From NCBI GenBank assembly GCA_049602735.1, contig JBMYRW010000003.1, positions 11,457 to 75,456 of the forward strand: a DNA stretch of 64,000 nt, in the 5' to 3' direction. Origin of the DNA: Thermoplasmatota archaeon (GTDB taxonomy: Archaea; Thermoplasmatota; E2; JACPAO01; JAHFTW01). Positions 18,332-26,958 of the stretch are shown here, in pieces; position 1 is the first letter of the stretch; every line of letters starts with the position of its first letter. The translations under genes and the position numbers were made by a program. The notes beneath the pieces were generated by a model. That model was given only the letters and a program-made list of their open reading frames with translations. It was not told where the DNA came from and ran no database searches.

Positions 18332-19752
18332 GTGGAATCGAACGGGCGTTGGCCTGTCCACAACCTACCTGTACCCAGGCGGCCCCTACCCATCCTGTGC
18401 AAGCCTGCGCGCCGCTCGCGGACCACGCGGCCGACAAGGCGCGCATCATCGAGGCACTGGAGGAGGCCCGCGCCCGTACGCGCCTCCTGATAGACCCCGT
18501 CGATGATGTCGCGCTGCGCCAGCCGCCGCTCTACATCCTGAGCCCCCAGGTCTGGGACCTCGGCCACATCGCCAACTTCGAAGAGCTGTGGCTCGTCCAG
18601 CACGTGACGGGTTGCACCGAGAGCGAAGCAGGCGTCAACGACCGGTACGACGCAGCCAAGATCCCCCGGCGCGAGCGGCCCGACCTCGACCTGTTGGACA
18701 AGCAGGGCGTCTACGCCTACCAGGACGACGTGCGCCGCCAGGCCCTTGCCGCCCTGGAGGCGGTCGACCTCCAAGGGGACGACCCGTTGCTGGCCGACGG
18801 CTTCCTGTACTGGATGCTGGTCCTGCACGAGCATCAGCACAATGAGACGCTCCTCCAGGGACTGCAGGCCCGTGGCCCCGGCCGCTATCGACCCGCTGCC
18901 GTCCGCCCTCTTCCCGTCCCCGGCCGATGCCTGTCCATCCGCGAACTCGACGACGCCTGGGTGACGGTGCCGACCGGCGCTTTCCAGATGGGGACCCCCC
19001 AGCGACCCGGCGTGTACGACAACGAAGCCCCCGCCCACGCGGTCCATGTGCCCCGCTTCGAGATGGCCCGCTTCCCCGTGACGTGCGGCCAGTACCTCCG
19101 CTTCCTGGAGGACGGCGGGTACGAAGACCCACAATGGTGGGACGAGGCCGGGCGCGCGTGGCTGGAAGCGACGCTTCATCACGCGCCGCGCAACTGGCAA
19201 TGGGACGCGCGGGGACGCCTGCTCCGGGTCGCCCTCACCGGAAGAACACCGATCCTGTCGGTCCCGGATGAGATCGTCACCCACGTCACGCATCACGAAG
19301 CCAAAGCGTACGCCGCCTGGGCCGGCTGCCGGCTACCCAGGGAGGAGGAATGGGAGAAGGCGTGCCGCTGGGACCCCAAGACGGGAGAGAACGTCGGCCG
19401 CAACCCTTGGGGCGATGCGCCGGCGACGACGGACCAGGCCAACGTGGATCAACTGGGCTTCCAGGCGAGCCGGGCCGGAGCGTACGGCGCCGCCGGTCGC
19501 AGCCCCGCGGGCATCGAACACCTCATCGGCGACGTCTGGGAATGGACCGCGACGAATTTCGACGGTTACCCGGGTTTCCAGCCGTTCCCTTACAAGGAAT
19601 ACTCGGAGGTCTTCTTCGACCAGGCCTACCCCGTGCTGCGCGGCGGCTCCTGGGCGACACGGCCCAGCTGTGCCACGGGAACGTTCCGAAACTGGGACCT
19701 CGGCGAGCGGCGCCAGATCTTCTCCGGCATCCGCCTCGTCCGCGACAGCTAA
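18328..19752 (+). CDS. egtB: Sulfoxide synthase EgtB (DinB_2 plus FGE-like domain)
   Basis: SPQVWDLGHIANFEELWL, HEHQHNET (3-His iron site), YKEYS, GDVWEWT, FRNWD..RRQIFSGIR. Confidence 0.85.
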   Translation: MSGIERALACPQPTCTQAAPTHPVQACAPLADHAADKARIIEALEEARARTRLLIDPVDDVALRQPPLYILSPQVWDLGHIANFEELWLVQHVTGCTESEAGVNDRYDAAKIPRRERPDLDLLDKQGVYAYQDDVRRQALAALEAVDLQGDDPLLADGFLYWMLVLHEHQHNETLLQGLQARGPGRYRPAAVRPLPVPGRCLSIRELDDAWVTVPTGAFQMGTPQRPGVYDNEAPAHAVHVPRFEMARFPVTCGQYLRFLEDGGYEDPQWWDEAGRAWLEATLHHAPRNWQWDARGRLLRVALTGRTPILSVPDEIVTHVTHHEAKAYAAWAGCRLPREEEWEKACRWDPKTGENVGRNPWGDAPATTDQANVDQLGFQASRAGAYGAAGRSPAGIEHLIGDVWEWTATNFDGYPGFQPFPYKEYSEVFFDQAYPVLRGGSWATRPSCATGTFRNWDLGERRQIFSGIRLVRDS

Positions 19753-19779
19753 ACGCCAACTGGAGGGTGGGCGCGTGCC

Positions 19780-20487
19780 ATGAGCGCCTTGCTGACCCAC
19801 ATCGCAGGCGGCCTCCTCGTGGCGATCGTGGGCGTGCTGCTGGCCGGCGCGGTCCCGGCACGTCGGGCCTTCCTGATCCTGGCGACGGTGACCGCCCTTG
19901 CCATCGCGCCGGACCTGGACCTCTGGATCGGGGTCCACCGGGTGACCTTCCATAACGTGTGGGCGCTCCTGTTCCTGCCCGCGGTCGGGGCCAGTCTGCT
20001 GCACGCGACCCGCTGGGCGACGAGCTGGCTCGGCAACGTGGCCCATGTAGCCCCGGCGGCGCTGGGCGCCGAACTCTGGCTGGACCTGTTCGCCCCGGAC
20101 CTCTCCGGGTACACGGAGGTCTTCTGGCCGGTCCGGGCGGGGGGCTACCTGCGCCCTGACCATCCGGTCTATTACGTGGGCGACCGGCCGATGTATGACA
20201 TGGGGAGCCTGCTGCTCCTCCTGTTCGTCTACTACATCCTGCTCGCTGTGGTCCATCAGGCAGCGGTGCGCCGACTGGCCACCAGCGAAGGCACCGCGGC
20301 AACGGTGGAGCGCTTGGCGCTGCACCTGCCGGGCCTGTGGCTCATGAGGGCCCATCTCAGGTGGGTGAAGGAAGGGGAAGGAGGGCGGCCGGCGGTGGCG
20401 CTGCTGGCACCAATCCACGCCGGCTTGGCGCTCGCCCCGATCCCCTTGTTGTTGTGGACGGGGCAGCTGGTGCGCGTCAGCTTGTAG
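19780..20487 (+). CDS. Membrane-bound metal-dependent hydrolase (YdjM-like)
   Basis: TH...PDLD...HR.TFHN pattern with several TM helices. Confidence 0.6.
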   Translation: MSALLTHIAGGLLVAIVGVLLAGAVPARRAFLILATVTALAIAPDLDLWIGVHRVTFHNVWALLFLPAVGASLLHATRWATSWLGNVAHVAPAALGAELWLDLFAPDLSGYTEVFWPVRAGGYLRPDHPVYYVGDRPMYDMGSLLLLLFVYYILLAVVHQAAVRRLATSEGTAATVERLALHLPGLWLMRAHLRWVKEGEGGRPAVALLAPIHAGLALAPIPLLLWTGQLVRVSL

Positions 20488-21385
20488 CCGCGGTGGTGTC
20501 GCGGCTGCGGGCGCTGGCGACCGGCGGACGCTGCACGTCCTTGGCGAGGCCAAGGAGCTTCAGGGTGCGCACCAGGTAGCCACCGGCGTCGATCTGGTAC
20601 CAGCGGTGGCCCAGGTAGGCGCTGCGAGGGTGGGCGTGGTGGTTGTTGTGCCAGCCCTCGCCGAAGCCCAGGAGGCCGAAGATGACGTTGTTGCGCGCCT
20701 GGTCCGTCGTCGTGTACGGGCGGGTGCCCCAGACGTGGCAGACACTGTTGATGCTCCAGGTGACGTGGTGCACCAGGAGGACGCGCACGCCACCGGCCCA
20801 GAGGCTGGCGGACGCGAAGGCGCCCCAGGAGCCGCCAGTGATGGCAAGGGCGACGAAGCCGGGCGCCAGGAGGCTGCCGACCAGCCAGAACCACTGGGTG
20901 CGCTCCAGGAACGCCACGACCGGGTCGGCCATCAGCTTCTCGTGGCCGGGGCCACTGTGGACCAGGTTGCCCTTGGGCAGCCAGCCGAAGTGGGCGTGCC
21001 AGAACCCTTCGAGGGGGCTGTGCGGGTCGCCAGGACGGTCGGCGGCGGCGTGGTGGCGGCGGTGCGTCGCGGCCCAGGAGGCGGGGCTCCCTTGCAGGGC
21101 GCTGAGGCCCATCACGAGGAGGATGCCGCGCACGACCTTGGGCGCCTTGAACGCGCCGTGGGCGAGCAGGCGGTGGTAGCCCACGGTGATGCCGAGGCCA
21201 GCGATGCCCTGGAACACGAAGAGCAGGGCGAGGTCGAGCCAGGTGACACCCCAGCCCCATGCCCAGACGATACCGAAGGCGAGCAGGGTCAAAGGAAGAA
21301 GGGCCGCGATCACAACGGCGGCCTGATGGCCGCGGTGGCGGCCGATGAAAGGGTAGACGCGGTCAAGCGTCGATGAGTCACTCAT
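20477..21385 (-). CDS. Acyl-CoA (delta-9 type) fatty acid desaturase
   Basis: His boxes GYHRLLAH, HRRHH, GWHNNHH; DPHSP; INSVCH. Confidence 0.93.
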   Translation of the reverse strand: MSDSSTLDRVYPFIGRHRGHQAAVVIAALLPLTLLAFGIVWAWGWGVTWLDLALLFVFQGIAGLGITVGYHRLLAHGAFKAPKVVRGILLVMGLSALQGSPASWAATHRRHHAAADRPGDPHSPLEGFWHAHFGWLPKGNLVHSGPGHEKLMADPVVAFLERTQWFWLVGSLLAPGFVALAITGGSWGAFASASLWAGGVRVLLVHHVTWSINSVCHVWGTRPYTTTDQARNNVIFGLLGFGEGWHNNHHAHPRSAYLGHRWYQIDAGGYLVRTLKLLGLAKDVQRPPVASARSRDTTAATS

Positions 21386-21424
21386 CAGGAGCCTTCAAAC
21401 TGGAGGCGTACTTGAGGCGCCCAG

Positions 21425-21441
21425 TGGACCCTCGGGGTCCA
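21425..21441. promoter_or_regulatory. Palindrome TGGACCC-tcg-GGGTCCA between desaturase and HxlR regulator (candidate operator)
   Basis: Perfect 7-bp inverted repeat in a 76-nt divergent intergenic region. Confidence 0.4.
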
Positions 21442-21461
21442 GGTAGCCACGAGGGAACCCA

Positions 21462-21968
21462 GTGTCCGCGCGAACACCGTTGGAAGAGAACGACGACCAG
21501 AGCATGCTGCACAAGCTCGACACGTTCCTCGACGAACAGGCGGACGACCACCGCCGCGCCATGGAGTCCGTGGTGGCCTGGCTGGAAGGGCACGGCAGCC
21601 TTGAGGAGGAGATCCAGAAGAGCGTCGCCTCCATCAGCAGCCTGTTCCAGAAATGGACGTTCGAGATCCTGTTCCTGCTGCGCCTGCGCGGGCGGATGCG
21701 CTTCAACCAGCTCAAGGAGGAGCTCGGCGGCGTGGGCCCCGCGACCATCGGCTCCCGCGTCAAGGACCTCGCCGGCGTCGGCAGCCGCACGCTCAGTCAA
21801 CGCCTGAAGGAGCTGGAGGCCCGCGGTCTCGTGCAGCGGGAAGTGTTCCCCGAAGTGCCGGTGCGCGTGGAGTACAGCCTCACGGACAAGGGGCTGCGCT
21901 TCGGCGACCTCATCATGCCCTCCATCGCCTTCATGCGGCTCTCCGCCATCGAGAACGGCGAGGAATAA
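21462..21968 (+). CDS. HxlR-family winged-helix transcriptional regulator
   Basis: KWTFEIL...RFNQL...TLSQRLKELEARGLVQR.VFPEVPVRVEYSLT. Confidence 0.92.
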   Translation: MSARTPLEENDDQSMLHKLDTFLDEQADDHRRAMESVVAWLEGHGSLEEEIQKSVASISSLFQKWTFEILFLLRLRGRMRFNQLKEELGGVGPATIGSRVKDLAGVGSRTLSQRLKELEARGLVQREVFPEVPVRVEYSLTDKGLRFGDLIMPSIAFMRLSAIENGEE

Positions 21969-21980
21969 GGGGACGAGACG

Positions 21981-23801
21981 TTACAGCGGGTGCTCAGCGA
22001 TCCACTCCAAAGCGGCCTGCTTGCCTTCGTCCGACCAGCCGTCGGCGAAGACCGGGCGCTCGATGGTGGCCGTGAAGACATCACAGACACCGAGGCGGCT
22101 GTCGGGCCACACAGGGTGGGCGGCCTGCCAGCTGCTGTCGATGTCGTTGTAGTCGCCGATGAACACCATGCCGTTCTGGTGGTGGCACAGGGCCGTGTCC
22201 CAGCCGTTGTCGTCGGCGTCGCGGACATCGAACGTCTCGCTCCAGGTCTGGCCGCCGTCGAGGCTGTAGGCGTACCGTTGCCCGAGGGCCTGGTACTGTT
22301 CTGATTGGCCGTTCTGCTCGTCGCAGTGAGCCTCCCCGACGCCCGGATCGTCCGGGCAGTCGATCCAACGCTGGTCGGCGCTGTCCATCCAGCTGACGTC
22401 CACAACACCGCCGGGGCTGACGCTCACGGTGGGGAAGATGGCGTACTCTTCGTTGCCTGCCGGGGCGTCACTGACGCGGACCGGGTCGCTCCAGGTGTCC
22501 CCCTTGTCAAAGCTGGAGCGGAGCCAGATGGCGCTGCCCGTGGTGACATTGTTCTGGGCGCGGCCGTTGCAGCCGTCGCTCCACACGTCCTCCTGGCAGG
22601 CGTCCTGCCAGACGATGTAGAGGCTGTCGGCGAAGGGGGACTCCGGGTTGCGGTCGGTCGCCACTTGCGGGTGGCCGTCGCGGCGGTCACGGCCGTCGAT
22701 CGTCGGCATCTCGACGTTGTTCTTGGTGAAGATGGCACGTTGGGCGTCCCAGGTGGCGCCGTGGTCGTTGCTGCGGCGCATCTGCACGCCGGTGGGCCCG
22801 TAGTCCTCGTCGACGATTCCGCCAAGCCCGATGTCGTTCCAGATCACGTAGACCTCGGGGCCCGTGCCGACGTCCACGAAGCTGCCCTGGCCGGCGCCGC
22901 CGGTGCCTGCGGGCACTTGGCCAGTGGGGTCGATCTCGGAGCACGCCATGGAGAGGATATCCTGGCACGCGGGGTCGACGCCTTGCAGGAGGCTCAGCAC
23001 TTCGGGGTCGCTGAACGTCTGGCCACCGTCGGTGGAGCGGAAGTAGAGGTTGCCGGGGAGGAACGCGGCCCACCACATGACGTGGATGGTCCCGTCGGCG
23101 CTCGCGGCGATCCAGCCCTTGTCGTGGAACGTGATGGGGAACGTGCCTTCCAGCACGGGCGTGAAGGTGTCGAACGTGTCGCCGCCGTCGGTGCTCTTGG
23201 CGACGATCTGTACGGCGCGGTTGAAGGCCCAGTCGTTGAGGGCCCCGTTCGGGAGCTCTTCTTCGCCGAACTTGCTGCCCGTGAGCGGGTCGGTCTGGTA
23301 CGCCATGAGCAGGTAGTACAGGTTGCCGTTGACGTCGAAGTAGGCGACGGGATCGGTGGTGCACCAGAAAGTGGAGGCGTAGTTGGGCTGGAAATTGTCC
23401 AGGTCGCCGGCGGCGAGGCGCCAGGGGCTGCCATCGAAGGAGCGGTCTTCGTACACCGTGCGGCCGCCGTCGTGGGTGACGTAGACACCGTTCCAGACGC
23501 ACTCGCCGGCGTCGGGCGGGTAGTAGTCCTTGGCGCCGCCCACCACGTTGCGGGGGTCGGTGGGGTTGACGGCGATGGTAACCTCGTTGCCTTCGCGCCC
23601 TTCGTCAGGGGTCATCTCGAAGTTGCAGCGGGGACCCGGATCGGTTGCGTCCCCGAAGGCAGGGAGACAGAACAGCCGGGCCTCGGTGGGCATCCGCCCG
23701 GCGCCGTCGCCGCCCGTGCCGTCGGCCGGTCCGTCATCACCTGAGAGGCAGCCGGCGAGGCCCATGGCCACCAGCGCGGTCACGATCATCCGTACGTCCA
23801 T
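21981..23801 (-). CDS. Sialidase-like / BNR Asp-box beta-propeller lipoprotein
   Basis: Lipobox LAGC; NE..IAVNP; Asp-boxes STDGGDTF, STDGGQTF, SNDHGATW, SFDKGDTW, SLDGGQTW; FIGDY. Confidence 0.85.
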   Translation of the reverse strand: MDVRMIVTALVAMGLAGCLSGDDGPADGTGGDGAGRMPTEARLFCLPAFGDATDPGPRCNFEMTPDEGREGNEVTIAVNPTDPRNVVGGAKDYYPPDAGECVWNGVYVTHDGGRTVYEDRSFDGSPWRLAAGDLDNFQPNYASTFWCTTDPVAYFDVNGNLYYLLMAYQTDPLTGSKFGEEELPNGALNDWAFNRAVQIVAKSTDGGDTFDTFTPVLEGTFPITFHDKGWIAASADGTIHVMWWAAFLPGNLYFRSTDGGQTFSDPEVLSLLQGVDPACQDILSMACSEIDPTGQVPAGTGGAGQGSFVDVGTGPEVYVIWNDIGLGGIVDEDYGPTGVQMRRSNDHGATWDAQRAIFTKNNVEMPTIDGRDRRDGHPQVATDRNPESPFADSLYIVWQDACQEDVWSDGCNGRAQNNVTTGSAIWLRSSFDKGDTWSDPVRVSDAPAGNEEYAIFPTVSVSPGGVVDVSWMDSADQRWIDCPDDPGVGEAHCDEQNGQSEQYQALGQRYAYSLDGGQTWSETFDVRDADDNGWDTALCHHQNGMVFIGDYNDIDSSWQAAHPVWPDSRLGVCDVFTATIERPVFADGWSDEGKQAALEWIAEHPL

Positions 23802-23825
23802 GGCGCCGAGGCCGGGCGCCGGGGC

Positions 23826-24545
23826 TTAAGCGTTGTCGGCGGGCCCGGCGCCGCCGAAGGCGTCCAGCCGTGGGGTCTGGTGCGCGGCCAGGAGGTCGGC
23901 GCACGTGCTCCACGTGGTGCGGGTCCCTTCCGGGAACGTGCCGTAGCGCTCCAGCCAGGCTGCCAGGAAGCCGCGGGTCTTGGGGTCGCTGGGGTAGCCA
24001 CTGCCCAGTTCGCGGTCGAGGCGGCGTTCCAGGCGGCGGGCCAGCTTGGCCACCTCGTCGTCACGGCGCACCTTGGCGACGATGCTCGCGGCGGCGACGT
24101 GGGGGTGACGGTCGTCGGCCTTGTGCTCCGCGGTCACCGGGAGCCCTCCCAGCCGGGCGGACAGGGTGCGTCCGAAGCGTGCAGCGTCCACGTCGGCGGC
24201 GTCGGCCAGGACCTCCGTACCGGTTTGGGCGGCACCGGTCGCTTCGATCGCCTTGGCGAACGCTTCCAGGCCGATCTCGTTGAGCGTCCTGCCGGCCCGT
24301 CGCTGGGCGTCCAGCTCTTCGGCGCTCACCACTTCCACGGCGATCGTCAGGCCCGGTTCCTGTTGCAGGGCTCGCCACGCGGCCTGGCGCTTGCCGGGAT
24401 GGAGTTTCTTGGAGTCGCGGCAGCCCAGTTCGTGCAGCCGGGCGGGATCTCCGCCGGCCACAGCCGCCACCACCAAGGGACCGATCACCGGGCCACGGCC
24501 GGCTTCATCGACACCCGCCAGGGCCACTGGGTCGCCGCTCGCCAC
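23826..24545 (-). CDS. rnhB: Ribonuclease HII
   Basis: GVDEAGRGPVIGPL, DSKKL, EHKAD, AASIVAK, GSGYPSDP. Confidence 0.97.
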   Translation of the reverse strand: MASGDPVALAGVDEAGRGPVIGPLVVAAVAGGDPARLHELGCRDSKKLHPGKRQAAWRALQQEPGLTIAVEVVSAEELDAQRRAGRTLNEIGLEAFAKAIEATGAAQTGTEVLADAADVDAARFGRTLSARLGGLPVTAEHKADDRHPHVAAASIVAKVRRDDEVAKLARRLERRLDRELGSGYPSDPKTRGFLAAWLERYGTFPEGTRTTWSTCADLLAAHQTPRLDAFGGAGPADNA

Positions 24546-24566
24546 GGCCCCGCGACCCCGACCACA

Positions 24567-24654
24567 TATTTCATGTTCAAGGAAAATAAGCCTAGCTCGA
24601 TGTTTGAACGATCTTGCTTGAAACGTTTCAACCAGTGACCAAAGACATGAAATA
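24567..24654. promoter_or_regulatory. AT-rich segment with nested inverted repeats
   Basis: TATTTCATGT (24567-76) pairs with ACATGAAATA (24645-54); perfect palindrome TTGAAACGTTTCAA (24618-31). Confidence 0.5.
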
Positions 24655-24733
24655 GAGCCGGCGACGACGTAAGGAGTGGGCCTGCGGGCCCTGCCAGCAA
24701 ACGCATGGCATCAGCCAACCAACCAGCCAACCT

Positions 24734-24783
24734 GGCCCGCCCCTCCGCTTGGGGGGGCGGGCCCACTCGGTCGGCCTCTTTTT
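24734..24783 (+). terminator. GC hairpin followed by a T tract
   Basis: 13-bp stem 24734-46/24751-63 (one G.U) with GCTT loop; CTCTTTTT at 24776-83. Confidence 0.45.
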
Positions 24784-24892
24784 GTAGCATCCCCCTACGA
24801 CGAAGGCACGTTGCCCGAGTCCTTGACGGTGCGTTGGGAAGTTCCCCGACCATCGACCCTTGTTTATCTACCACCGCGTTGAATCGACATCC

Positions 24893-26920
24893 ATGAGCCC
24901 ACAAACGGTGCCCATGTTCGTGACGGTCGTGCTCGTCCTGGGTGCGATCGTCGCCCTGCCTGATCCGGTGGCCGCACAGGACGACAGCGCCCTCAAGGGT
25001 CGCGTCTGCGCCAACGATTCTTTCGAAGCGTACGAAGACCAGCCCGACGCGGCCGGCGACGACCCCGACATGATGATGCCTGCCTACGGCCGGTGCTACG
25101 GCAACGGCCTGCCGGGTGCCTCCATCGAACTGGTGCCCATGACGGCCCTTGGCGACCTGGAACCCCAGCGCCATGAGGCCACCAGCAACGACCGTGGTGA
25201 CTACGTCATCGACGGCCTGGCCGACGGCGACTACACGTTCACCGTCAGCCGCGCCGGCTTCGAGGACGCCACGGGCGAACTGAGCGTCGAAGGCAACGAC
25301 GAGCGGTCGTTCAGCCTGTTCGGCGAGGCGATCACGGTCGCCGGTAGCGTCCTGGGCCCTGCGGGCGGCGGCATCGCCGACGCCGAGATCCAGTTCTGGG
25401 GTCACGAACACGCTTCGGCCAGCACGGACGATGCCGGTCGCTTCGCGGCCAGCCTCACGGCCGGTTGGTACTCCATCGAGACCCGTGCGCCCGGCTTCTA
25501 CCAGCACCACGACTACCTGCTCCTGGACGGCCAGGAAGGCCTCGAGATCGACCTGGAGCGCCTGCCGCCCCAGACGGCCACGGTCTCCGGCCGCGTGCTC
25601 GACCAGGACGGCTCCCCCGTGGAGGACGCCCGCGTCATCGTCAACCAGTGGCAGCACTGCTGCTACCATTACGCCTACGCCGAGGACGAGGATGCCCCTG
25701 AGCCCGCCGGCGCCAGCGGTGGCAGCCGCGGAGGCGACATGGCCACGGACGCCATGATCGCCCCCTACCCCGGCGGCGGCCAGAACTGGACGTTCACGGA
25801 CGCCAACGGCCGCTACACCATCAACGTCTACGAAGGCTGGGTGGACCTCCGCGTCGAGAAGGAGGGCTACCTGGGCCAGAACACCGGCCTGGAGGCCCGC
25901 GACGGCGGCAGCCACACCCAGGACCTGGAGGCCGAGAAGCTCCCTGAGAAGACCGCACGCATCACGGGCCGCATCGTCGACCAGGACGGCGACCCCGTCC
26001 CCTTCGTCAGCCTCTCCATCGAGAGCCCCAAGTGGGGCATCCATGAGTGCAGCAACGACTGGGAAGGCTGCCGCATCGACATCGGCCGCGACGGCCGCTT
26101 CGATGTCTCCGTCACCCCTGGTTACAGCATCCTGCGCGTCTACCATGAACACTGGCGCACCTGCACAGAGACCCAGCACAGCGGCGGCGGCTTCACCCGC
26201 GACTGCGGCCCCGAGTACTACTCCTGGGTCCTGTCCACGGACCTGGCCGCCGACGGCACCACGCCCCTCGTGATCGAGCTGCGCGAACGCCCCGGCCCGG
26301 ACGCGGTCGTCAGCGGCTACGTCGTCGACGCCGAGACCAACCAGGCGCTCGCCGGTGTCCAGGTCAGCTTCAGCAACCAGGACGGCCGCGGCTACGGCTG
26401 GGCCACCACCGACGAGGACGGCAGCTACCGCCTCCGCATGCACAGCGGCTTCCACAGCGTCAGCGTGTGGGCGGACGGTTACTTCCACTACGAAGGCCAG
26501 CTCGACATCGCCGCGGACCGCGAGACCTCCTTCGACATCCTGATGCACGAAGGCGAGCCCCGCTACGGTGGCTGCTGCTATGGCTACGGCTACGACGACC
26601 ATGAGGTCGCCTACGCCAGTGGCGAAGCGGCCATGGACGGCGGCGCGGACAGCGACGACATGGCCGGCGGCAACACCGGCGGCGCCAGCGCCCCCACCCT
26701 CGCCGGCGGCGACAGCGCCGATGCAGCTCGCGAAGGTGGCTCCGATGCGGCCTTCGAGGACCTGGGCGGTGGCCTGGGCCCCTACGACCCGGCCCGCCGC
26801 ACCGGTGCCAACGGTGGCACGAGCTCCATCGACGACGGCGAAGACAGCCCCGGCCTCGGCCTGGTGGTCCTGCTCGCCGGCCTGGGTGCCGCTGCGGTGG
26901 CCCTGCGCCGCCGCAGTTGA
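24893..26920 (+). CDS. Surface protein with repeated carboxypeptidase-regulatory-like beta-sandwich domains and an archaeosortase-type C-terminal signal
   Basis: Signal peptide; repeated (V/I)xGxVxD...TD.xG.Y units; tail GEDSPGLGLVVLLAGLGAAAVALRRRS. Confidence 0.85.
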   Translation: MSPQTVPMFVTVVLVLGAIVALPDPVAAQDDSALKGRVCANDSFEAYEDQPDAAGDDPDMMMPAYGRCYGNGLPGASIELVPMTALGDLEPQRHEATSNDRGDYVIDGLADGDYTFTVSRAGFEDATGELSVEGNDERSFSLFGEAITVAGSVLGPAGGGIADAEIQFWGHEHASASTDDAGRFAASLTAGWYSIETRAPGFYQHHDYLLLDGQEGLEIDLERLPPQTATVSGRVLDQDGSPVEDARVIVNQWQHCCYHYAYAEDEDAPEPAGASGGSRGGDMATDAMIAPYPGGGQNWTFTDANGRYTINVYEGWVDLRVEKEGYLGQNTGLEARDGGSHTQDLEAEKLPEKTARITGRIVDQDGDPVPFVSLSIESPKWGIHECSNDWEGCRIDIGRDGRFDVSVTPGYSILRVYHEHWRTCTETQHSGGGFTRDCGPEYYSWVLSTDLAADGTTPLVIELRERPGPDAVVSGYVVDAETNQALAGVQVSFSNQDGRGYGWATTDEDGSYRLRMHSGFHSVSVWADGYFHYEGQLDIAADRETSFDILMHEGEPRYGGCCYGYGYDDHEVAYASGEAAMDGGADSDDMAGGNTGGASAPTLAGGDSADAAREGGSDAAFEDLGGGLGPYDPARRTGANGGTSSIDDGEDSPGLGLVVLLAGLGAAAVALRRRS

Positions 26921-26958
26921 GCCTCGCGCCCCCAACCCCCTCCTTTCCCCTTCTTCCT

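Noticed and set aside
18328-19752. Selenoneine synthase SenA or a formylglycine-generating enzyme
   Set aside because: No senB/senC nearby, the motifs fit type I EgtB, and the FGE catalytic Cys pair is absent
24654-24790. SRP RNA or RNase P RNA
   Set aside because: Too short, and lacks the SRP helix-8 and RNase P P4 signature sequences on either strand
24485-26935. 816-aa minus-strand ORF, and similar long ORFs at 39104-41893, 60110-62548, 36159-37838 and 10039-11724
   Set aside because: Antisense shadows of well-supported genes; high GC3 suppresses stop codons on the opposite strand, and they show no motifs
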